Origin: Takakia lepidozioides
Taxonomy: Eukaryota > Plantae > Bryophyta
Assembly (NCBI GenBank): GCA_030704615.1
Contig: CM060731.1
Coordinates: 76,260,001-76,324,000, forward strand
Reading direction: 5' to 3'
Length of the DNA stretch: 64,000 bases
Shown here: piece by piece, positions 12,652-25,243 of the stretch
Layout: the number at the start of each line of letters is the position of its first letter
How positions within the stretch are numbered: the stretch's first letter is position 1
Program-made: the position numbers and the translations under genes
Notes under the pieces: model-generated
Seen by the model: only the letters and a program-made list of their open reading frames with translations
The model's database searches: none
Told to the model about the DNA's origin: nothing

Positions 12652-13528
12652 TCATAGTTGATTGTCGTTTGTCATTTGACTCCTAGGTATTTTCTTTGTG
12701 CTTCATTAACTATCCTCTTGGATTGCCTTCCGTTATTTGATTCTCTTATTCTCCCTTCATGAATTAGAAGCATCTTCAAGAACAGGCTACCCTCAGCCGT
12801 TCTTGCCCCGTATCTTTGGCATTGATGTTATACTTGGTTAGGTGGCCAACTCAAGCTGGGTCAGTCCATAACGTGCCCTAAAAACTGCTTGCCCTAATTT
12901 GAATTGACCGGGCTTTTTGGGATGTTCGCGCGTCTGCCACCACCTCACTCCTAGTCCGCCATCGCCAAGTCCTTGCTCCTTGCATAGATGACGATTCAAG
13001 CTTCTTACTCCTAACGTCTGGCCAACATTGCTATCGCTACCACTTTGACTCTAAGCACTGCAGTTGTTCCCTGAGATCGCTGAAGCTTTAGAAAGTGTAG
13101 CTAGCATCACGTTTTGGTGAGCTTAATATTTTTGGAGATGTGGGTTCTGAAATATCCTCGCGAGTAATCTACAGACCTGTTTTCGAGTGGGAGCCTCTTC
13201 CGTGCACCTAGGGGGGTGGTGGCTCTTAGGTGAGGAAACCACTACTGAGCAACACCTCTTGATTTTAGAGATTTGCGCTCAAGTTTATTTGAGAGTTTGT
13301 TTTAATGTGAAAACAGTTTAGGCATGCCATGTAGGAGGCTTCATCAGGAATGTGTGCTTTAGTTGTTATTTTGTTTGATGAGATCTTTTGGTAATGTAGT
13401 GGTTGTACATCGATTCTCATTCCTACTTGGTGTGTTTGTGTGTAGGCCCTACAATATACATAATGACTAGCCGTTGAGTTTGCATCTTCCTTATGGTGTT
13501 GTCTCAGTATCTTGCTTTATGCAAATCT

Positions 13529-16450
13529 ATGGCTAACAAAAAGAACAAACAGAGAGATGGGCAGAGAACACGAGAGATTATTGAGGCCGAGTTAGCAGAC
13601 AGAGCAAGGAAAGATAGACAGGCGAGGTTGAAAAGGGAGTCTAGAGCTAGGATGAAGCTCAAGCTAGAGGAGGCAAGAGCTAGGGTACCAAAGGATGTGC
13701 CAACTAATTGTCCAGTAAACTTGGACAAGGCATCCTTTGACATGGCAAGGAAAATTGCTCCTTTGCTACATGATCTAACTTCTCATTATGGTGAAGAATG
13801 TCAAAGAATGGCTTATGAGAAACTACTGAGACAACCCATATTGAAGGGACAGATGCCTACAGTAATGAGTGCTAAACAGAATAAGCATATGCAAGAGCTA
13901 CTAACATCTCTGAGACTGGGTGTTAATGATGTCAAAGGTAGTCACTCCCGAGACAAGCTGGCTGCCAAGAATGTTGTGTGTAGTATGGCCGTGTCAGAGC
14001 ACACATCAAGCTTCCAGGCTAGAGCCGATCTTCTTGGCATCCATAGGAAAAATCTTTCCAAGGGTTTTGAGAGAAGAAAGTTGTTGGAGGAAGGAAGTGG
14101 GATGAGTTGGGCATTGGGAGATAGACCAAAGCGATGTGATGTCTTGAGTGCAGACGTCCGTGATATTGTTACTTTATGGTGGACTGAGGAGACACGCGTG
14201 AGCCCTAATAAAAAGGATGTTGTACACAAGCGCATTGTTGTGAAGCAATATGAGATTCACGCAACTCATCACCTCATGGAAACACATGTTATGTGCATTC
14301 TTTCAGTTTTAAAGTTGGTTTGTATTGATGTTTGTTTCATGAAATGTGGGCTGCCCAATGTGAATGATGTGAATTAGTATCGTGTCTAGGTTATGAAGGA
14401 CCTGTTGTCATTGACATAGATCCCTGCTTTGGTTCATGGCGTCATTTCATTCTTCATGCTTAGAAGTCTGTTTTCCAGATATTGGTCTCCTTCTCAACCA
14501 CATGTGTTGTTGAATCATCACGAGCTGTCATTGTGCATGCTTCTGATCAACAATGCAAGTGTTGGTTTATGACTACTTTCATTCTTTGTGCTTGGTCTCT
14601 TTCTCAACCACAATTGATATTGAATCATGACGAACTATCATGCAACATGCTTCTTGGTCCAGCTCTTTGACGATACATGATAGCATGCCATTCTTAATCA
14701 CAATGTTTCATGTCTGAGGATTGACATTCTTGGCTCATGATGAGCTATCATGTTGTCTGGCTTCTGCTCCATTTATCATGATTGTATCATTCTACATGAA
14801 AGCCAGTGCTTGATTGTAATGTCTTCTGTCATTGGAAACAAAGCCCTGTTGAAACAATCCAGCTTTATGATTATACATGATAATGTCATTTTTAATCACA
14901 TGGTTTCATTTCTCACCTGACTAACATCCTTGGTTCATGATGAGCTATTATGGTGTCTGGCTTCTGCACCAATATTTGTCATGATTGTGTCATTCTACAT
15001 GAAAGACAGTGTTCGTTAAAATGTTTTATTATTTATGTCATTGGAAACAAAGCCTTGCTGTAAACTCATGGTGTTGTCATTGTGCATGACTGTAGGTGGA
15101 TTTCTTCACACGCTTTAAGACGTGCTTTCCTGTAGTAACGGTGGGATTGCGAGCCTTTGAGGGGTTGAAGCCTTTTTTTGTGAAGAAATGAAGGGACAGA
15201 AATACTTGCTGCTGCAAATACCACACAAAGCTTAATGTTTTGAGGGAAGGGTGGAACAATATGAGAGGGGGCGTTGAGACGAGCCTGCATGGGTCTCAAT
15301 GCTCTTGCACGTGTACAACAGTCTGCAGCCATAATGGTGATCACAGTTCTGGAACTGGTAAGTGTATGGCTTCCCTCACAAAATGTAATCAAATCACGAT
15401 GTTTTGGGAGCTCATACTTTGTCCAAAAGATGATCTTGCCGAGTGGCACAACCGCAAGTGTCTCTATGGTGAGTGTTCAAATTGTGGCATTGAAACCCTT
15501 CCTCTTTGCCCCAGTGAAACATCAAGAGGCTCTGATGACAAACTTGTCCAATGGAGATGCTATGGAAAAGTTCATGCAGGGCGGACTAAGAAAGGTGAGC
15601 CTAAAACTGTGACGCGACTTCAGTACAAGGAAACACCAGCTGCTGAATTCATCAAGTACCTGAAACAAAAATTGGTGAAGTTTGTGCTTCACAACTTTAC
15701 CGCAAGATGGCAGGACAAACAATTCAAAACCTCATTGGCAGAGCTACAGGAAGATACCATCTTCTCGGTCATAGACTTTGCTGAGAACTACTCATTCCAA
15801 AAGCAGAATGAGATACAAGAAATGCATCGGTACTCATTCCAATGCACAATTCTTGTCCATATTACGTATAGATTGAATCCAGATTTCAAAGGAGAGCCTG
15901 AACAAACTCGGATTTTGAAAGAGTATCACTATTACTTATCTGATGATCGGAAGCACGACACTCTCTTTGTGCAATACTGCCTTCAAGTTAAATGACGATA
16001 TCTGCGTGAGTTTGGTTTTACACCTACACATCATATTGTGTGGTCTGATGGGTGTGCGGCTCAATTCAAAGGAGCTAGATCATGGTACCATGTTGCAAGG
16101 TACCCAAACTTGACCACTTCTCCTGATCTTCGACGGGGTTGCTCGATGGCTTGGATTTTTTTTGGATTAGGCCATGGCAAGGGTGAACATGATGGGGCAG
16201 GGGTTGTGCTGAAAAGAGAACTTCGCAAAGAGTAATTGCGTCCAGATGGGGTGAAAATGCAAAATGCCTCTGATGCTGCCAAGTTCTTAAGGGAGTCATT
16301 GGGGCGTGCGCATGGTGCTTACCCATCAGCCAGGAAAGAGGTTGCACGGTGCTTTTGGGAGATTGATCCAAGTGACATTGACAGGACCAAAAAATGGGAC
16401 TGTAAAATAGTTGGTGGCTCCTGAAAGATACATTCCATTTGCTCGGTGGC
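13529..16450 (+). pseudogene. Sola2-like DDE transposase pseudogene (two exons, 3' truncated)
   Basis: Exon 1 ~13529-14288 (WW..ETRVSPNKKDV..RI..YE.H..H.L). Exon 2 from ~15096: FEGLKPFFVK..RNTCCCKYH, C..GEC..CG, HNFTARWQ..QF, DFAENY..QNEIQ, SDD..HD, WSDGCAAQFK, GHGKGEHDGAG. Stops at ~15190, 15993, 16233 and 16422. Confidence 0.75.
14672..15065 (+). repeat. Diverged ~200-bp tandem duplication inside the transposase intron
   Basis: ATACATGATA...CATGATGAGCTAT..TGTCTGGCTTCTGC...CATTCTACATGAAAG...GTCATTGGAAACAAAGCC occurs twice, starting at ~14672 and ~14872. Confidence 0.8.
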
Positions 16451-17775
16451 AACCTATCATTTGTCAATCCGTAATCATCAGGTCAGTGCACTGACAGTCA
16501 GGATGTCAGTGGGGGTGTACTGTCATTCTATACATCTTTACTCCGACACACTGGCGAAACCTCTCACCCTCAAAATTTACGCCTGATTTGTTCTTGGTCC
16601 AATGTTGTACGATGTATATTGTCTTCTTGCGTTGAATCTGATTTATCTGGCAAGTTTTTTGTAGTCATTTCGATAATGGCTGTAGTATTCTGTTTATAAA
16701 TCTGATATATAACTTCCATGGGCTCACAAAATTTAAAGTTGCTAGAGTGATTGAATATCTCCTACTCCCCTTCATCTAGGTTTGCAATCAGTTTGTCAGT
16801 CCGTTCACAGAATCGTGTCATTTGTCAGCTTGATAATGTGAAAATTCTTCGGGACAAATGAGTCTGGTTGAGCAAATGACTCAAAATGACACCTTCAACC
16901 CGCGTTACACGTTTGAATTGCATACAGCTGCATTCCTGATCTATGCCCTTACCTTTATATTCATTCAATCATCTGTAAAATCCTCACAAAAAAAAGTACT
17001 AGTGACAGTTTTGAGGAAAGTCATGTGATTTTCGATCGGGACAGTCATTTTGGGGTGACCCTAATGTGCTTGGACCCTGCGTCTTCTTTGGGAGTTCACG
17101 TGCTAGTGTGCACCTGGCGCGTGCGCGTACGATCTTTGCAGACAGTGGATGGGAACAGAGGAGCAGAGAGACAGAAGAGAAACCCAGATGAAGTGGAGAG
17201 GCTCATAACTGCGCTACCGAGGGGGTTGTCTTGTAGTGTGGGCTAACGCGGAAGCTGCATGCTTCCGTTCACGTACTATAATCGTGTAGCCTCGGGACGA
17301 AGTCGTAGTGCGGCTTTGGCGTGTTCCCGTTCCTCAGGCCAGCATTCCAAGGCGGACCCAATTGTAGTGATTGGGGCGCACGGTTGGTTCAAGGTTATCT
17401 TCCTATTCAAAAAAAGGTTCAAGGTGAACCCTTGCTCAAGGTGATGCCAAAAGCGACATCATGAGCGGTCGCAAGCAATGTTGTTGCAGTAAGGCGATTC
17501 GATCCTCGGGGAGGATCGTTCCTTGGTCTTGAAGTGGGCCAAGAAGAGTGCACTGGGTGGAGCTTGAGAGGCTCCACCCTTGGCCGGGACTTGGAGGAAG
17601 TTGGCCGAATTAGCTAGTGGAGAGTAGAGTCAAATGTGGGGTTTGGTTCTTTGCCATGGGACGCCATGGTACGGAAACAAACTCCTTGATGTGGGACGCC
17701 ACAACTTGGATGTTCGTTTCTACAAAATAGACAAGTCGATGAGGACATCGACTCCATGTTGGTAGCCTGGGTGTG

Positions 17776-18501
17776 TGTCGCAGCCCTTTGCCTGGAGGGC
17801 AGGGGGTCGGGACACGAGAGGGGCTGCCCCGTGTTGGGGGCAGTGGCAACAATAGATGCGGGGGCTGAAGCATCCTTGAGTGCCCAAGGCACTTAAGGAG
17901 GCGGAGGCGCACACTAGGTGGAGCCCCGCACATCGGGTTGTGGTCGGGGTGGTTCCACGAGGGGTGGTGGTAGCTTAGTGAGACTTAGTGGGGGTGGCAT
18001 AGGACTCACCATGGGGGCGGAGACCTTGTGGTGGGAGTCGTGGGGAGTCTTGGGACTCATTACGGTCCAATGGGACTGTGGTGGGTAGGCCAAGACTCAC
18101 CACGACTCATCCCCGGGAGTCGAGGGTTTTCGTGGTGGTTCACAATAAAAGGATGGTGTTGTTTGTGAAACCCCCACGGACAGTCACAGAAGTATATATA
18201 GGGAGTAGTAACCCCGAGAAGGGTGCAAGCCCATTGGTGACCAAAAACTAGTGAGTAAGCGTACGAGCCGGAAAACGACCAAGATGTGGGGAGCTGTTCC
18301 GGACTGCCATCGATCAAAGGGAATTTCGACTTGGCCCAAATTGAGAGAGGGTCTCGTGGAGGAGTAAAGGAGGACCGTTATGTCCCGGTGAGCAGCCGAA
18401 GCTCCGAGTTGGCCCGGGCGGCCAGTTTGGGAGTTAGGCACGCGCATCGAAGCGAGTAACTATGACTTGAAGGGGAGCCTATTGAAGTGAGGTGCGCGAC
18501 A
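17776..18501 (+). mobile_element. LTR (probably the 3' LTR of a truncated Ty3/gypsy), same family as 48004-48735
   Basis: TGTCGC...GCGACA ends; colinear with 48004-48735; TATA-like GTATATATAG at ~18192. Flanks do not match (GTGTG/TTGAT). Preceded by GTCGATGAGGACATCGAC, which resembles the pre-PPT region of chromoviruses. Confidence 0.8.
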
Positions 18502-19290
18502 TTGATCCTCGTGTTTGGATCCCACAACAAAAAGAACTTGATTACCTTGGTATGTACTTATCTCACTGTTTGTTGTTTATGGAGAATTTGATATTGAAAG
18601 TGTTTTCCACTTGCACTTTTACTTTATCATTTTTTCTACAAATGTTCCACATTTCAGTTGACATTTGTCATATGAAAAATTGTTTTGCCTAGTCACATTC
18701 AAGGAGCGAATTCGAAAAGAAGAAGAAGAGCTTTGTGATTGGCAAGAATGGACGTTGTATGGCTTCGAGCCGCTGGATAACATTAAGTCCAACGGATGTA
18801 CAGTTGACGTTACATTATGTCTAACTGCAACGCCAAAGTTGCAATCTGTAATAAAATATGAATGTTTATCATCAATGTATGCGGACACATTCTTTCATGT
18901 CATCCTCTTCATCACATGCCATGATTGTTCTATGTTTGGTTTTGTATGTTATCTGATATGACAACCATTTTATGCAAATTTTTTTACATATCTGACCTCA
19001 CATCATGGTGTAATTTATTGCATCCTCCCATTTTTTTCGTGACTTGGCAGTGGATGTTCTTCTAAAACCACAATACATACTTATATTGTCTCCAAAAAAT
19101 GTTTGGAGAATTATTGTTCATGGTTATATTGTCCATAAAATAACCATGATAATCATATATATCGCTTTATTTCAATAATAAATTTTGTTTATTCATATTT
19201 CTCGTATTATTTCTGGACCAAACAAAAGTCCAGAATTAGTTCAAATAGTGTTAAGAGATCCATGGTTGCATCGTCAAATCTGCAATTGTA

Positions 19291-19850
19291 TCAGATGTCA
19301 TCCTGAACACTGCTCTGGTGGACATGTATGCCAAATGTGGGAGCATTGAGGATGCGAAAGGAGTGTTCAACACTATGGTTGAACGAGATGTGGTGTCGTG
19401 CAACGCGATGCTTGGAGGGTATGCACAGCAGGGTCGCGGGATGGAGGTGTTGGAGACCTATGAGCAAATGATGGAGGGAAGGGGTGAAGCCCGACCATGT
19501 CACGTATGTTTGCGTTTGTAGTGCGTGTGCAAGCCTGGCAGCCGTTGAAAAGGGCAAAGAGGTGCATGGTTTGCATCACCAAAGCTGGAATTGTACTAGA
19601 TATGATTCTGAACAATACCGTCGTGGACATGTATGCCAAAGTTAGGAGCATTGAGGATGCGGAGGGATTGTTCAACACTATGGCTGAACGAGATGTGGTA
19701 TCATGGAACGCGATGCTTGCAGGATGTGCACAGCAGGGGCACGGGATGGAGGCTTTGGAGACCTATGAGCAAATGATAGGGGAAGGCCGACCACATTTGT
19801 GTGCGTTTGCAGTGCGCGTGTGCAAGCCCGGCAGGCCACTCTTTTCCTAG
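19291..19850 (+). pseudogene. PLS-class pentatricopeptide repeat (PPR) gene remnant
   Basis: Two tandem units of (N)T.(L/V)VDMYAK(CG/VR)SIEDA..(V/L)FN.M.ERDVVS(C/W)NAML.G.AQQG.G.E.LE.YEQM, linked by KPDHVTYVCVCSACA..AVEKGKEVHG in another frame. Frameshifted and short. Confidence 0.88.
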
Positions 19851-21287
19851 AAGGTAAGTTTCTATTTGAAGGCTTGAAATGTCAAAAACCTACAGGTGTT
19901 GACCACTCGACTAGGTACTCTGGTCATGCTTGCCCTTATTTACAGCGAGCTGGTGAAAAGATTACAACGGATGAGTGTCATTGATTTCTCGATGGACATG
20001 GAGCTTCCACTAAATGTTGTTGATCTTCCTCACTCCTGAATTGCTTCTCAAATTGGTACACTAAAAATGACTTCAACCTTTCAATATATCAGATGGCCGT
20101 GTGTATGGGGAACTCAGATACTTTTAGCAAAATCTCTTACGTATTGGAGTTATCATTTTTCCTAAGTACCATGGATGCCTCCTGCCTCTGGGATATTTAT
20201 TTGCAGCATTTGCGTGGATTCAGGAGGCAATCACCATACGTGGCTTCTCACACCCCAATTGCTTTTAGTGGAGGTGTGTTGCATTGCATCTTGAGTTGGG
20301 TTACTTGATGGAAAAATCTATACTCCCAATTTTTCAGCTCTTGTCCTTCATTTAATTTTTCCAATCTGCATGCTAATTGAATCAATTGAGCAAGATGGAC
20401 TGGTTCTGGCAAGTGGAAATCGTTTGATTCAAAGTGTCATGAGTGGTGGCAAGTGCTAAGGTCATTGAAGCAGCTTTACTGGCCATGGCGAGCTGGCAGT
20501 AGCACCGGGGAAGGAACTGGGTTTCTGCAAGCGGCCACTGCAGCTAGCCGTGGCACAAGCAAGAATACCCCACCAGTCCATTTGAAACTCTTTTCAATGC
20601 CCCTTCCAGCAGCAGGTTGCCTCTCACTTTTGTGTTGTCTGTCTCTCAGGGTGGATTAAACTTTTTATTATAACTTGACATCTTGAGCCTTTTACCTTCA
20701 CTATGGTTCAAATATGTTGTTTCTCTTTTCCATCCATTGAGGGAATTGTTCCTGTACCTCTATTTGCAAACTTTGAAAATCTTGAGGCTGAGCCAAAAGC
20801 CCAGGCCCTTTTGGGGTATAGTTATTGGGCAAATCACGCACAACATATTGATGTTTGGGATTTCTAGAGGATATCTGGAAAACTCGGATCAATTATATGT
20901 TTCAAGGTAAGTCATGCTACCGGCGTCAACCCCTGACAAAGGTAGTTTCTGTCCCTTTGTGTTCCGTCGCGGGGTTAATGGCCACAAGGCATTGGTTCCA
21001 TTCATTTTTAAATGAGTCACACTCACTCTTTCTGCAATCTGCATCTTTGCCGCTAACCTTGGCTGCTTAGGCCACGGGGTCTAAGTCATGCTTGCTGTAC
21101 CAAGGCTTTGGGAGGGTCTGCTTGGTTAGTATCTATCCATAATCAGCTTTCTTTACCTTGGCACAAAATCTGCTAGTTCTCACTGCAGTAGTTACAATGT
21201 TGCCATGAAGCATATTATTTCGGTTTTCTGTGATCTGATCCGCAAGTGGATGTGCAGCTTGCAATCTTAGGAACATTCATTGGGACT

Positions 21288-21455
21288 CTATTTCAGTATC
21301 TATTTCAGTATTTCAATATTTCAATGAAGATTTTCAGCAAGTATTTCAGTATTTCAGCCAGTTTTCAGCAAGTATTTTAGTATTTCAGCCAATTCTTCAA
21401 CAACTATTTTAATATTTCAGTGAGTATTTCAACAAGCATTTCAATAATTTAAATA
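21288..21455 (+). repeat. Degenerate TATTTCAG-type tandem/minisatellite array
   Basis: About 14 copies of (T)ATTTCA(G/A) variants in ~165 bp. Confidence 0.8.
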
Positions 21456-23542
21456 CCTAGGCAGTAAATCCGAAGATCAGTTTTGTAATATCATACATCA
21501 ATATTTAATTCACACATCAATAAAGTTCTGCCATGGCCTCTAGGCTCTGTCCCCGACATTATAAATAAATAATTTTTTCTCTTATGTAGAACATGTTTGA
21601 CATATAATTATTTTAAAAAACAAAATCCTAATATGTGATATGTGATACGATATTATATTTCAATATAATATCTGTAGGAAAGTTTTCAACTTTAGAGTTT
21701 TAGGGTGGATAGCCGCTTGTTTCCCACCAAGAGTGTGGCCCCAAGGTACTAAATAGGTAGTCAATTTAAGCAGGGAACAGTTAATGAGTGTACCTATTCT
21801 CTCTCACACGCACAGCTGTCCATTTTCTTTGACAATGTGAATGGCAGTACTTGGCCACATTTTCACTGTTGCTTCCTACTAGAACTGTTCCTAGCAGCCT
21901 GTCTGGGATCTACCTCTTTCATTCTAACATGCCAGTCTAATCATCACATACTTCCCTGGGAGACTGTTTTCCCGCTTAGCGTATGCAATCAGAGCTCGTC
22001 ACGTACATTTGTAAATAAATTGAGCTCGCTGTCATTTGAATCAACATGACCTGTTTGACGGAAGGAGTTGGTAGTCGATGTCCAGAGCATGTTTAGGTTA
22101 GAAGAGGGAGTCCTTGGAAGAATTTTAGAGAGGGCAGGGAAATCTCACTAAAGAGTTAAGGGACTCTTTAGACAGTCATTTGAATAACTATCCTGCAGAG
22201 GTACTGGTTGGTTAGCTGTATGTTGGGAAGCTCATGAACATCATTGAGCAGCCTGAATTACTAGAAGTGTACTCCGTCTCCAACTTTCCGTGTGCACAGG
22301 CCTTTCTTGCTAGAAGTCAAAATAGCTCCTGAAACCTCTATGGAATTATTTGGACTTAATAGTTTCTAGTACTTCCATACATGTATGCCAGTCGAAAAAT
22401 CATGAATACTTGTAAATCTTCGTGATCGGGGAGTTTTCAACTACGAGATCTCAACTGCTATGGCAGGTCTAAGCGAGGCCTGTAGACCCCGACAGGTCTA
22501 CAAGCCTAATCTGTCCGTTATTGCAGCCACTTTGGCTCTCGCGCCCCCAAATCACTTCCGTGTGACAGTCGCTCTGTGCGAATGCCTGCTTCTACAATCT
22601 AACTGGCTATCATCTGCATGGTTTCGTTAACCATACTCGGTGTATGATCCAATGTAGGTGCAGTCTCTGAGCCCGTGAGGTACTCCATCATAACCTGTCT
22701 AGAAAGAGTTTGTTCAGAGCCACAGCTGATGAGCTCTACAACGAAGAAATGGAAAGGCGGAAACAGCATACGTACAGGTGTAGAGATTCTTCTGAGGGTC
22801 TGAGAGTCTCAAAGGCTGAGGAGACGTTCTTGACAATCATGGCCCGAGCGAGACGTGGCCATAGTTATTTGAATTTCCCGACCGTTAAATCCGACCTCGC
22901 TGTGGTGAAGTCAACATCAATCCTGGTATAACCGGTGAACCGGTTACTGAAACTGGCAGTTAACTGTCTTTCCAAGGACGACTACCAGTTCGAATGGCAC
23001 TGGCCGGTGATATGATTGTTTAGTGACCTCCAAATTGAGCACGTTCTGTACAGGTCTCTTTCTCTTTCTCTTTCCTTGTGTCTATGAAAACTTTCTGAAG
23101 GCAAGATTGCTCAGCTTAGTCGGGCTTGCTTGTTGTGCACTCTCTGTTGTCAGCCTGTCACGGGAAGATCTCTGCACCTGTGTGATCTGTTACCAACCTT
23201 ACGCTGGACAGTTGAATGTCACGTGTAGCTAGAGAGATCTGTAGTAGTTATTGGGGTGGGATTGAGGTGTAACCAGAAACTTGTAGATCGTGTTTGATCA
23301 TTCCCTCGAGCCTTTGCTTCATGCTTTAGTTCTCAAGGTCCTTGTTCCTTAGAAGGTGTTTCCTCCTCATTGACGAGCTCGCCGAACGCTCCTAGCTAAG
23401 TGTGTATTTCCCAAAGTTCCATTAAATTACATTCCCTTCCCATCTCGGCATTTTGAGAACCTCATGAGTACGCAAGCCTCAAGGTCACGAACTTGACAGC
23501 AGGACTCGCGTTGACAGAAGGAGGTACAAGCTCGAATCCAGT

Positions 23543-25243
23543 ATGATAAACCCACATATGTCGTGTGGACGGTGTGGCTTCCGTGCCGCTTTGTACTGCG
23601 AGGCCCAAGGGGGTGCATATTTGTGCTGGTTCTGTGATGCAGCTGTTCATGGCACCAGGGATGATCTATCTCACCATATTCGCACTTTACTTTGTACCCA
23701 CTGTGGAGATTGGACAGTGTGGAAAGTACTTTCTGCACTTCCGGATATGAAGTCTTCTGTCGCACACCCGTCAATGACACCGTGGCTATGCCCCATCTGT
23801 GAACTATATCTGTCACCCGCACGTAGCTGTCACTCCAGTAATCAATCGATTGATCCGATACCTCGACCTAGCTGCTCGACTCATGCCAGGTGCACCGATT
23901 CAAGCGCAAACATTTTTGGAGCTGCTGGTGTTCCAAGTTCTGCTTTAGCAAGCATTCCAACTGCGCCGGAGAGCTCTCGGAGAGCTGACATTCGTAATTA
24001 TTGTGACTCGTGGCCAATAAAACGGACAGTTGACAGCCCAGTCATGGCCTCCGCGATCAGCTACAAACGTAGTCCATTGGAGAAAACATTCTCAGAATTA
24101 AGCCTTGGACCCAGATTCTGTACCCGTGATCGCATTCCGGCATCGTCACAGGTATTATAATTGGTCACCAGTTGTCGGTTCAGTCGTGATCATGCATCGT
24201 AGAATGTTTTAAGCAATTTTCTAGGTTACGCTGTGATCTAGAGCATGTGCGACAATCGCGTCTGTAGTACTTCACATGGCACCTGATCCATCTTCAGGAG
24301 CATGCACTCAAATTATTCAGATCAGTCGGATTCAACGTTGTGCAATGTATCGTCTGGCACGGGCCAGAATAGATTGGCTGAATTCTGCGGATAGGTGCAG
24401 AAGATGATCTACCTGTACGTCTACAGGTAGTCGATTTTTTTTAAAGCATTCATTTGTTGTCTCTTATACTGTCCTGCGAGGCCCATCTTTCCACAGAGTT
24501 AGACTTTCAAGAGGACAGCACGATGATAATGCTTCTTTTACCTATATATCCAGATACAAACTTGCAAAGAATGTCTCCTTACCACGGCAGGGGCCGTTGA
24601 CATAGTTTATGCTAAGATCACTTGGTTATCTGGGGATGGGGTATCTGCATTGCATGCGTACGTTCATGGACGTCCAAAGGCCCGGAGGTCAGGAGCTTCG
24701 TCTGCGTGCTTGAGTTCGGCATATTCAAATCAGCAGCGATACCTGGCACCAGCAACTGCAGCTAGTTCGGATATAAGAAACGACCAGCTGGACACTGAAG
24801 GCACAGACGATGTAAGGATTGATATCGACTGTTCTGAAATCAGTTCGGAGCTGGAATCACCGGCGCCCATTCCTCCAGAGTCGATTCTGGAAATGCTGCA
24901 ATTGTGGCACCGTAGGCTGCATCTAAGTAACTCTGATACTATACCAGTTGCTCTGGACATATTGCGAAGATTGGTTTATGCGCTCGATCAGCCTGGGTTG
25001 TTGAACACTGAAGCCCCTGTAAGAGATTGTCTTGCCGTTGCTCTGTGGATGGCTGCCAAGGCCGTTGAAACCCAGCCTTTCATACCAAAAGCATCCCGTG
25101 TGGCGCTTGTGTCTGGAGTTTCAGCCCCACGTTTACTCGCACTTGAGGTGCCGATACTCGATCTCTTGGACTGGAGGATACCCAAGATCACATCAGCAGG
25201 GGCTGAACAGGGTTCGTCATGTGGGCACACTTCACGATCATAA
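23543..25243 (+). CDS. B-box zinc-finger protein (BBX32/group-V-like) with a helical, cyclin-like C-terminal region; multi-exon
   Basis: N-terminus CGRC...AALYC....AYLC..CDAAVH.....HHIRTLLC..C is a B-box1. Donor CAG|GT at ~24151. The last exon encodes LQLWHRRLHL..VAL..RDCLAVALWMAAK..IPKAS.VA.VSGV....LLALE..ILDLLDW. Internal exon boundaries are uncertain. Confidence 0.7.

Larger units (their letters stand above)
364..16450. mobile_element. Large decayed CACTA (En/Spm) transposon or complex; left end seen, right end not found
   Basis: Starts CACTACAA at 364, followed by many ATATGACTA(C) subterminal motifs. Contains tnpD-like and tnpA-like genes. The right boundary is uncertain: only 364-10383 is firmly CACTA. 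Confidence 0.75.

Noticed and set aside
7391-16424. In-frame stops as programmed readthrough or U-to-C editing sites
   Set aside because: The stops fit C-to-T/G-to-A decay of methylated transposon DNA and come with frameshifts. Plant U-to-C editing is organellar.
16478-17063. Possible MITE (GGTCA...TGACC) truncating the Sola2-like gene
   Set aside because: The inverted match is too short and no TSD was found.
17231-17370. TTGTAGTG at ~17231 and ~17362 as the missing right TIR of the large CACTA
   Set aside because: The match does not extend into the left TIR (ATAGATGAGCG), no subterminal motifs are nearby, and there is no TCA TSD.
20000-23400. Short ORFs between the PPR remnant and the B-box gene
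   Set aside because: All are under 80 aa with no motif support; treated as intergenic or 5' region.
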